A DNA stretch of 53,845 bases, from positions 1-53,845 of IMG/VR virus record IMGVR_UViG_3300042486_000458. One strand, written 5' to 3'. Positions 46,858 to 53,845 of this stretch are shown in pieces. The notes beneath the pieces were generated by a model that was not told the origin of the DNA, searched no databases, and saw only the letters and a list, made by a program, of their open reading frames with translations. The position numbers and the translations under genes were made by a program. Each line of letters opens with the position of its first letter. Positions within the stretch are counted from its first letter, which is position 1. Source of the DNA: a virus. Its lineage: Duplodnaviria; Caudoviricetes.

Positions 46858-47132
46858 GATATATACTTGCTTGCTTATTGCTGTGTAGCTGCTCACCAGA
46901 GCCAGAGCCCACAGAACCATATTGGAATCACGCTTGCGTAAAGGACCATACAGAGATTATGCCCGTTAGAACAACACAATTAGAAGGAAAGTTGATAAAA
47001 ACCAGAATGCAGATGATGCCAATTTCAATATGTGATGAGCGCGAATGGCAATGTGTTATCCCTGAGAATTGGAAGGGTGAATTAGCTTGCCCGAAAAAGT
47101 ACAAAGAAGAATTTGAAGATAGAAACCCATAA
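46854..47132 (+). CDS. Small lipoprotein
   Basis: MRYILACLLLCSC lipobox-like signal. Confidence 0.65.
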   Translation: MRYILACLLLCSCSPEPEPTEPYWNHACVKDHTEIMPVRTTQLEGKLIKTRMQMMPISICDEREWQCVIPENWKGELACPKKYKEEFEDRNP

Positions 47133-47143
47133 GGAGACCCACA

Positions 47144-47623
47144 ATGAACTACAACGAACAAATTGCCGCGCTACAGGCGCAAATTAAAGAGCTTGAGGCT
47201 AAGCGGGATGGTATAACCCCGTGGATGCCTGAGAAAGGTGGCGAGTATTTTGCTGTCACCATCAATAACGGTCATGAAGTTGCAGTAGCAGAATGTATTT
47301 ACAGGGATCATGGGTTATTCAAAAACAGAGCTAAAAACCTAGGCACATTCAAAACCAAAGTTGAAGCCGAAAACCGCATAAAGCAAATCCGCGCCATTAC
47401 CAAGTGGCAGTCAATACCGAATGATTTTGTGCCTGATTGGGGGGATTATAAGCAGTGGAAATATTATCCGATTATTAGACATGATGAAATAGATTTAGAT
47501 TATAGTTGTGGATTACAATTTTTCCCCTTCCAACACTTCGCCACCAAAGAACAATGCCAACGCGCAATCGACTGGATGGGCGAGGAATCTATGCGTCACT
47601 TGTTCGGGATATTTGGGGATTAG
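47144..47623 (+). CDS. Hypothetical protein (FVPDW..QWKY motif)
   Basis: AAGGAG RBS. Confidence 0.7.
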   Translation: MNYNEQIAALQAQIKELEAKRDGITPWMPEKGGEYFAVTINNGHEVAVAECIYRDHGLFKNRAKNLGTFKTKVEAENRIKQIRAITKWQSIPNDFVPDWGDYKQWKYYPIIRHDEIDLDYSCGLQFFPFQHFATKEQCQRAIDWMGEESMRHLFGIFGD

Positions 47624-47625
47624 TT

Positions 47626-47826
47626 ATGAAAGAAAACTTGAGCATAGCACGCGACAAACTCCGCCACGCCTTGAACATAGCTATTATCTTTATCCTTGGC
47701 TACGTGGCTGGTAACGTGTACCCGACATTTGAGGTTAGGCCTATTTCAGACAATGGTTTACCCCGTCTGGAAAGCCTAGCACCAGAGATTAAAACAGATT
47801 TAAATTTTAACGATGAGGTGAAGTAA
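47626..47826 (+). CDS. Small membrane protein
   Basis: IAIIFILGYVAG. Confidence 0.55.
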   Translation: MKENLSIARDKLRHALNIAIIFILGYVAGNVYPTFEVRPISDNGLPRLESLAPEIKTDLNFNDEVK

Positions 47827-47827
47827 T

Positions 47828-48049
47828 ATGACTAAAGAAACAGGCGGCCCAGCATTTCCACAAAGCGTTCTCGATAATCATCAATACAAAATATATGACG
47901 GCATGACCCTACGTGATTGGTTCGCGGGCCAACAATTGATTGCTTATCGTGCGCATCCAGCAAATGAACCTATAGCAAACTTAAATTTTATTGCTGATTA
48001 TTGTTATGCAATGGCAGACGCAATGCTGAAAGCGAGGAGCAATGATTAA
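47828..48049 (+). CDS. GGPAFP/GMTLRDWFA family phage protein
   Basis: Motif ends YAMADAMLKAR. Confidence 0.75.
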   Translation: MTKETGGPAFPQSVLDNHQYKIYDGMTLRDWFAGQQLIAYRAHPANEPIANLNFIADYCYAMADAMLKARSND

Positions 48050-48542
48050 CCAACTTCTTGAAATGATCGAGACTGTAGACCCGAAGGACACGGCAAAACT
48101 CGATGAGATTGACGCTAGGGTGTGGTGTTATTTAGGGGGAGAACATTGGGGGAGGATAGAGCCAGTAAAATTTTTATACTTTGGTCCTACTGAAACAGAA
48201 AATTTATATGGTGAGCTAAAAATTGTATGTGGCTTGACTTTTTCATATAAGGGAAAATTCCCGCATGAAGCCGAGTACAGAGATTGTACTGAATTTATGA
48301 CTGGCTTTAAAAAATACACCCGATCCCGCGACGCGCTTAAGCAAATTCGGCCGAAGGGGTGGGATATACATATCAAATATTGGCCTACAGAATTAGGCAA
48401 AAATAGAGCGTATGCTTGGATCGAAAAGGACAAAAAACAGTTTCGATACAGTTTACCAAACGAAGAACTCGCCGAACTGCACGCAATTTTACAAGCCATA
48501 GATTTTGAAAGGAAACAAAATGAACACGAAAACCATAAATAA
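48042..48542 (+). CDS. Hypothetical protein (YTRSRDA motif)
   Basis: GAGGAG RBS. Confidence 0.65.
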   Translation: MINQLLEMIETVDPKDTAKLDEIDARVWCYLGGEHWGRIEPVKFLYFGPTETENLYGELKIVCGLTFSYKGKFPHEAEYRDCTEFMTGFKKYTRSRDALKQIRPKGWDIHIKYWPTELGKNRAYAWIEKDKKQFRYSLPNEELAELHAILQAIDFERKQNEHENHK

Positions 48543-49398
48543 AGTCATAAGAAAAAAACTAGCTGATTGGACATCAAGCATTGATGATCTATCTCTTATT
48601 AAAGACATTGAAAGAGATGTGATTGTTACAGGTGGATGTATTGCATCCATGCTTTTGAATGAAGAAGTAAATGATTATGATTTATACTTCAAAACAAAAG
48701 AAACCGCATTGAAGATCGCGAATTTTTATTGCTCTAAATTTAATGCGACTCACAGTAAAACAGAAGCAGAGGTTAAAGATGAGAATGGTAGAATTAAAAT
48801 ATTTATTTCAAGCGCGGGGGTTGCCGCTGAAAATGAAGAAGTGCTTGAAAATCCATTTTCTGATGCAGTTGATGCGCTATCAAAAATTGATGATACTCCA
48901 TTAATAAATACCGAGGAAAAACCAAAATATAGGCCAATTTTTCTTAGCTCAAACGCTATTACTTTAGCAGGGGCTGTACAAATAATTGTCCGTTTTTATG
49001 GCGATCCAGAAGAGATCCATAGTAATTACGATTTTGCACATTGCACAAATTATTGGACTTACGAAACTGGAGTTATATTAAATTCTAACGCGTTAGCAGC
49101 TTTGCTTGCAAAAGAGCTTATATATATGGGAAGTAAATATCCATTATGCTCTATAATAAGGACTAGAAAGTTTATTAAACGCGGGTTTCATATTAATGCT
49201 GGTCAGTATTTAAAAATGTGTTTTCAGTTAAATGAGCTTGATTTAAAAGATGTAAAAGTCTTGGAAGATCAATTAATTGGTGTTGATAGCTCTTATTTTA
49301 ATATCCTCATTTCTGGCATTAATTCAAAAATTGAAAGTGACCCCAATTTTAAAATAACAGTGCCATATGTAACATCAATAATTGACAAAATATTTTAA
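48520..49398 (+). CDS. Pol-beta superfamily nucleotidyltransferase-like protein
   Basis: VTGGCIAS...NDYDLYF (GG..DxD), YDFAHC, RKFIKRGF. Confidence 0.7.
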   Translation: MNTKTINKVIRKKLADWTSSIDDLSLIKDIERDVIVTGGCIASMLLNEEVNDYDLYFKTKETALKIANFYCSKFNATHSKTEAEVKDENGRIKIFISSAGVAAENEEVLENPFSDAVDALSKIDDTPLINTEEKPKYRPIFLSSNAITLAGAVQIIVRFYGDPEEIHSNYDFAHCTNYWTYETGVILNSNALAALLAKELIYMGSKYPLCSIIRTRKFIKRGFHINAGQYLKMCFQLNELDLKDVKVLEDQLIGVDSSYFNILISGINSKIESDPNFKITVPYVTSIIDKIF

Positions 49399-49412
49399 GA
49401 AAGGAACACCCA

Positions 49413-49616
49413 ATGACAACCTACCGATTTCACCACAGGACAGAGGGTTGGACCGCTGCTTGTGAACACATGGACCGAACTGTTAATGTCGGATTTTACG
49501 CGACAGAGGCTGAAGCTAGGTTCGGACTAAACAAAGCCCTTGGACAGGCAGGACTCGCTCACCTGAGGCTTAACGGGGCGGTGTTGGAACAACAAGTATT
49601 ACCGAAGGATGAATAA
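49413..49616 (+). CDS. Hypothetical protein (short AP2-like motif)
   Basis: WTA...NVGFYATEAEA. Confidence 0.5.
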   Translation: MTTYRFHHRTEGWTAACEHMDRTVNVGFYATEAEARFGLNKALGQAGLAHLRLNGAVLEQQVLPKDE

Positions 49617-49956
49617 CATGATTAAATTTGATGGTGCATTGCTCAAGAAAAGACGTAAAGAATTGGGCTTCACATTAGACCAGCTTGCGAAGATTTCTAA
49701 TTCTTCAAAAAGCTACATATGGGAGCTTGAGAATAATTCAAAGATTGAGCCATCTGGGCAGAAGATATTTTTACTCGCTAAGGCTTTAGGTGTGAGTATG
49801 GAGTATTTTTATGGAGAGGAAGTTACTCAGGATAATGTTAAGCAAGCAATAGTGCATTTAGCTCATGCTGTTAGCTCTATTATTGGCGGCCATGAATACT
49901 ACAGAATTTGTAAAATGGTTTATCCTGATTTTAATAATGCACAGAAAGGAATTTAA
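49609..49956 (+). CDS. XRE-family HTH regulator
   Basis: LKKRRKELGFTLDQLAK..SKSYIWELEN..PS..LAKALGVS. Confidence 0.85.
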   Translation: MNNMIKFDGALLKKRRKELGFTLDQLAKISNSSKSYIWELENNSKIEPSGQKIFLLAKALGVSMEYFYGEEVTQDNVKQAIVHLAHAVSSIIGGHEYYRICKMVYPDFNNAQKGI

Positions 49957-49957
49957 C

Positions 49958-50227
49958 ATGGACATTAGATCAATTTTAATAAACGCATTGGCCTCAGCAT
50001 GGGAAAGCACAACAACGGATGATGTGCCCATAGAAAATAAAACTAGCTATAGACAAGGCAGGGATAGGCTACATGAATTTGCAGTACATGCCTTGGAGGT
50101 ACAAGCAAAACACCTTCAAACGCGGTTTGAAGATGAAGCTGACACCATACACAGGCTCAACACAAAAATAGCGCAACTTGAGAACCAGCTACAACGCCAA
50201 TTAGAAAGCAAAATCTATGAAGAATAA
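49958..50227 (+). CDS. Hypothetical protein
   Basis: AAGGA RBS; C-terminal coiled coil. Confidence 0.6.
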   Translation: MDIRSILINALASAWESTTTDDVPIENKTSYRQGRDRLHEFAVHALEVQAKHLQTRFEDEADTIHRLNTKIAQLENQLQRQLESKIYEE

Positions 50228-50345
50228 TTTCAGATACTTCTTTCGCCGAAGCCACGCGGTGCAGCCGGCCCTTGCGGTTCTGCATTTGAAAGCTGCAAAC
50301 GATAATTTGAAATACGAAGATGGAGATTGCAACGATGAACATTAA
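50217..50345 (+). CDS. 42-aa protein with AANDN motif
   Basis: Fills the gap with overlaps at both ends. Confidence 0.45.
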   Translation: MKNNFRYFFRRSHAVQPALAVLHLKAANDNLKYEDGDCNDEH

Positions 50346-50583
50346 AAAATCGTATATCAAAAAACTTAGAAAGGGATTGCCGTTAACAACCTATGAAATC
50401 GCTGCTTGGCTCAATGTAAGCAGGGCAACAATTCATAACATGGAAACCCCAGAGGAGGATAATGCAGATATAATATGGTATTATGCCTTATCCCACTTAG
50501 CAACCGTATGTGAAAAAGAGGGGCGCACAAAAAAGAGAAATGTGCGCATCCCCAGAACAATGGAAGTTAAACCAGTTTTATAA
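50335..50583 (+). CDS. Cro/XRE-like HTH protein
   Basis: IKKLRKGLPLTTYEIAAWLNVSRATIHNME. Confidence 0.7.
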   Translation: MNIKKSYIKKLRKGLPLTTYEIAAWLNVSRATIHNMETPEEDNADIIWYYALSHLATVCEKEGRTKKRNVRIPRTMEVKPVL

Positions 50584-52759
50584 TCTTTGATGGTCGGCCT
50601 TGTCCTGATTGTGGCGGGACAAGGTCCACTATTATTAAACCCTGCTCTATTAAATCGTTAATCAATATATCACGCTGCTTTGAAGGCCATTTCTTGCACC
50701 GCTTGACAAACTCGGTCCATGAAATACTACCGCCATTCATCTGAACAATACGCATAATATCATTGATATTCTTCTCATGGTCACTTTCATATAAATGCGT
50801 AGCGACCAATGATTCCGTAAACTCTATAGCCTCGGATACAATTGCTTCCGCAATATCCATATCATCATTATTCATGATTGGCACAAGCGGGTTGCGCGTA
50901 ATGGCAAATATCATGGCGATCTTAATGCAATTCTCGCGATACCGTCCCCATAATGGCCCGACTGTACGGCTTGCGATAAACTTTTTATCCTCAAGTAATC
51001 CCATTTCCCATAGGCGGTCATCCATTTCAGGCCATGTTACGGTAATAGTTTCAGGAATAATGCGGCTATCGTTTACTTTGAAGCCGGGGTACAAATTCAC
51101 CCACCCCGTCAACACCTGCTCTGACGGTCTGCATTGCCCGACAAAACGCTGCCTTTGTGGTATATCAACCTTTGTACGGCAAACAATAAAGCGGTTAAGC
51201 TCACCTGATTGTACGGCTTCCTTGTTTAAATTATTGGCGTATGTATCTGGCGTTGCTGTGCCATAGATAGAAAGGCAAGGATGTGGTATTCTGGTTGATT
51301 GGCTTTTCTCATCTGCGTATTGTCCGCCGAGATAAATACCACCCGATGAGGAATACAGCTCTGTAAAAACTTGACTGACAACGCGCATATGGGTTGCGCG
51401 CTTGTCCATCATGGATTCCAGCACCATACCGAATTCGTCAATGTGCATGATTTGCGCAGGCTTGGCTTTTACCGAGGTTAATATACCCGCTCCTGAAACG
51501 ATCTTGTCAGGGCCAAGGAATTGCTCGTAATCAGCCTCCAGCATAAGTGTCTTGATATATTCCCTTGAGTGGTTCTTACCGCTTGCCGTTGATCCTAGTG
51601 CAATAGTGTATAGGTTGGTGCGCGTATTCATTGGCGACTTATAACGCCTGCCATATATTGCGCCGAGGGCTGAAAGCACATTCATCAAGGCAAACATTGG
51701 CTGTGGCTTTTGTGCTGATCCGACAATATCACGCACCGTATCACCAATAAGGCCCGGCAGTTTTAATGGATCAAGCAAACCATTCGCAGGTGGCTCGTCT
51801 TTATCATCCTTAACCTTGATTTCGCCGCGTTGAAATCTTAAAAGAAATTCACGCGCTGGGTGGTCATCAAGCGTCATCGGTTCATGAACGATTGGTTTCC
51901 ATCCATTCCTTTTAGCAGCAAATACCAATGTGCCAAAAGATACGCCGCCATTTGGTTTAAATGATTTCCATTTGCGTACCGTTTCGCCGGGCTTATACTT
52001 CGATCCTGACCGCCTGCTCCACTCATCCCATATGGCAAGCCCATACCCGCCGTCATGCAAGGCCATGCCGATTTCAATCCATTCACTATAAGAGCAATCA
52101 GGCGATATATGCACAAGCATCCCGCGCACATCATCAACGCTCCATTCAAGATTAGCCCCTGCCCGCTCCTCTTTTGGAATAACCGAATTATCACGCTCAT
52201 TCGGTGGCTTGCACGCACGCTCTAACACCCATTCAGGCGCGTCTGCAATTTCCGCGTTTTCATCGAGGAAATCATACACAGCCCCACTATAATGCTGACT
52301 TGGTGGCGCGATAACGTAACCACCAGCCCCGCGCACATCAAGACCAAGCGCAAATTGACCTGATCTTGAATACACCTTTCTATCCTTCGGATACCTGAAA
52401 TATATATGCTTGCCGCGCCCTGTGGTACTCACCAATGTTTCAGGCATTTCAGGCAGGTTCATCAAGCTCGCCTCCCCTGCTGGTCCATCAACATCAACGA
52501 CGAAGAAATTGGATACAGGCCCAGTAACGATACCGATATTGGCATTTGGCTTATTTCTGAACATGGCGGTAATGGCATCGGGTTCATTCGAGGCATCAAG
52601 GAGACCATTGCGTGTCCATGGATGCTTGCCAGTCATAAGCCCGCATTCAGGATTGCCGCATGTGCAAGAGCCATCAGGTAATACGCCGTGAGTTGGAAAA
52701 ACGGAAAAGCCGTATTTCTCCGCGTAGTTAAGCGCGGCTTGTAATATATTCGTTGTCAT
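50567..52759 (-). CDS. Bifunctional primase-polymerase with PriCT-2 and DUF3987-like ATPase domains
   Basis: GKHP, NIGIVTG, VVDVD, TGRGKH, DVRG.GGYVIAPPS; WIEIGMAL..WDEWS; ASGKN and IDEFG. Confidence 0.9.
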   Translation of the reverse strand: MTTNILQAALNYAEKYGFSVFPTHGVLPDGSCTCGNPECGLMTGKHPWTRNGLLDASNEPDAITAMFRNKPNANIGIVTGPVSNFFVVDVDGPAGEASLMNLPEMPETLVSTTGRGKHIYFRYPKDRKVYSRSGQFALGLDVRGAGGYVIAPPSQHYSGAVYDFLDENAEIADAPEWVLERACKPPNERDNSVIPKEERAGANLEWSVDDVRGMLVHISPDCSYSEWIEIGMALHDGGYGLAIWDEWSRRSGSKYKPGETVRKWKSFKPNGGVSFGTLVFAAKRNGWKPIVHEPMTLDDHPAREFLLRFQRGEIKVKDDKDEPPANGLLDPLKLPGLIGDTVRDIVGSAQKPQPMFALMNVLSALGAIYGRRYKSPMNTRTNLYTIALGSTASGKNHSREYIKTLMLEADYEQFLGPDKIVSGAGILTSVKAKPAQIMHIDEFGMVLESMMDKRATHMRVVSQVFTELYSSSGGIYLGGQYADEKSQSTRIPHPCLSIYGTATPDTYANNLNKEAVQSGELNRFIVCRTKVDIPQRQRFVGQCRPSEQVLTGWVNLYPGFKVNDSRIIPETITVTWPEMDDRLWEMGLLEDKKFIASRTVGPLWGRYRENCIKIAMIFAITRNPLVPIMNNDDMDIAEAIVSEAIEFTESLVATHLYESDHEKNINDIMRIVQMNGGSISWTEFVKRCKKWPSKQRDILINDLIEQGLIIVDLVPPQSGQGRPSKIIKLV

Positions 52760-52774
52760 GTATGTTTCCCTTTT

Positions 52775-52957
52775 TTAAAATGGACAAGGCTCTAATTCGG
52801 CCCGTTTCAGGTGGTAATTGTGGCATACACATTCGAGAAAGGTTTGCCATTCGGTTTCGTTTAAGGTTGCGAGATCGGTTTTCCTGATAGAATCAAGATA
52901 CTCGCCGCCCATTTGCCCGCCATATAATATCGCAGGCTTTTCCCAGTCCTCTATCAT
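52775..52957 (-). CDS. DUF6511-like small protein
   Basis: GGEYLDSI.KTDLATL...EW motif upstream of the primase gene. Confidence 0.6.
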   Translation of the reverse strand: MIEDWEKPAILYGGQMGGEYLDSIRKTDLATLNETEWQTFLECVCHNYHLKRAELEPCPF

Positions 52958-53169
52958 TGATCCACGCCTTCACTTTTTGCTGCTGCTTTGTTAACAATAT
53001 AACGCGATAGACGCTCATGTGTTTTGTATGGATCGTTTTCCATTTGCTCAATACCATCTTCGAGAAGGAAGCGCATAAACGCCATACGGGAGTCGAACGG
53101 GCTTAGATTAAAAGCCTTGTTTAATCGAATGATTAAACCGTGTTCAAGAATTAATAATATTTTTTTCAT
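52954..53169 (-). CDS. Small putative transcription regulator (ribbon-helix-helix-like)
   Basis: KILLIL strand then SRMAFMRFLLEDGI helix; first gene of the divergent unit. Confidence 0.45.
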   Translation of the reverse strand: MKKILLILEHGLIIRLNKAFNLSPFDSRMAFMRFLLEDGIEQMENDPYKTHERLSRYIVNKAAAKSEGVDQ

Positions 53170-53186
53170 TTTCGTACCTTTTTATA

Positions 53187-53238
53187 TTGACGTTATATAT
53201 TATCTATATATATTGTATATATCTGCTATATAAGTCAA
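53187..53238. promoter_or_regulatory. Overlapping divergent promoters
   Basis: TTGACG (+, 53187) and TTGACT (-, 53238) flank a TA-rich spacer between divergent genes. Confidence 0.5.
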
Positions 53239-53259
53239 CACAAAAAAAGGTATAAAGAT

Positions 53260-53845
53260 ATGAAGAAATATAAATTAACACCTGAGCATAGAGAGCAATT
53301 AAAACCTTGGGCCGATAAGTGGATCGCAAATGGATTATCAACCAAACCAATGGATGATTACGATTGTGAGCAAATGCGTGTAGCTATCAAGGGATTGTAC
53401 GAATCAGCGGGATTAACACCGCCTCCACCTGAGCGTATTGTCTTTGTTCCATCTCCTTTTGTTGCGCGTTTTGCTGGCGGTTTTGCCTCAAGTATCTGGT
53501 GGAAGCGCAAAAATGCTACAGACGCTGCTACAGACGCTGCTACAGACGCTGCTACAGACGCTGCTACAGACGCTGCTACATACGCTGCTACATACGCTGC
53601 TACAGACGCTGCTACATACGCTGCTACACGCGATGCTACAGACGCTGCTACATACGCTGCTACACGCGATGCTACATACGCTGCTACAGACGCTGCTACA
53701 TACGCTGCTACATACGCTGCTACACGCGATGCTACAGACGCTGCTACATACGCTGCTACACGCGATGCTACACGCGATGCTACAGACGCTGCTACACGCG
53801 ATGCTACACACGCTGCTACAGACGCTGCTACACGCGATGCTACAT
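53260..53845 (+). CDS. N-terminal part of the DUF6745-like repeat protein (continues at the window start)
   Basis: AAGG RBS; MKKYKLTPEHREQL..W..GLSTKP..LYESAGL.PP..IVFVPSP, then in-frame repeats with no stop. Confidence 0.85.
   Translation, partial: MKKYKLTPEHREQLKPWADKWIANGLSTKPMDDYDCEQMRVAIKGLYESAGLTPPPPERIVFVPSPFVARFAGGFASSIWWKRKNATDAATDAATDAATDAATDAATYAATYAATDAATYAATRDATDAATYAATRDATYAATDAATYAATYAATRDATDAATYAATRDATRDATDAATRDATHAATDAATRDAT
53515..53845 (+). repeat. 27 full 12-bp units plus a partial unit
   Basis: D D D D D Y Y D Y R D Y R Y D Y Y R D Y R R D R H D R (Y). Confidence 0.97.

Larger units (their letters stand above)
1..53845. mobile_element. Near-complete circularly permuted podovirus-type dsDNA phage genome
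   Basis: Terminase, T7-like portal, scaffold, capsid, tail tube A/B, ejection proteins, lysis and replication genes are all present. 53670-53845 re-reads 1-188 apart from one 12-bp unit. No host housekeeping genes. Confidence 0.93.

Noticed and set aside
1-53845. Stop-codon reassignment or tRNA genes
   Set aside because: Genes tile densely with the standard code and all three stops are used. No cloverleaf was seen by eye (tRNAscan not run).

Overview
The window looks like one essentially complete, circularly permuted ~53.7 kb podovirus genome. The two ends overlap inside a 12-bp tandem repeat within a gene that runs across the junction. The host is probably an alphaproteobacterium, inferred from a GAAC-N7-GAAC LexA-type box and an AANDN motif. 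There are four transcription blocks. (+) 53260-12775: DUF6745-like repeat protein and partner, MazG-like enzyme, Sak4-like ATPase, SSB, Cas4-like exonuclease, SF2 helicase, ~20 small accessory genes and a DHH phosphoesterase. (-) 41795-12902: VRR-NUC, terminase, portal, scaffold, capsid, T7-like tail tube and ejection proteins, tail spikes, a PL7-like lyase and the lysis cassette. (+) 43349-50583: early genes including a beta-clamp homologue and a nucleotidyltransferase. (-) 53169-50567: primase-polymerase operon. I recognised no RNA polymerase, family A/B DNA polymerase, integrase, tRNA or CRISPR array. The most striking feature is the helicase intein: it has no in-frame endonuclease but carries a complete HNH endonuclease gene nested in the +1 frame, with both frames open for 243 codons. 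Other highlights: a thrice-repeated RNA internal-loop motif in the capsid leader, a divergent anti-Shine-Dalgarno sRNA candidate, a repeated GGTAT-N4-ATACC palindrome at late promoters, an H-type pseudoknot after the SSB gene, and peptide-tag-like docking motifs on tail proteins. All family calls come from motif recognition by eye; no database searches were run.
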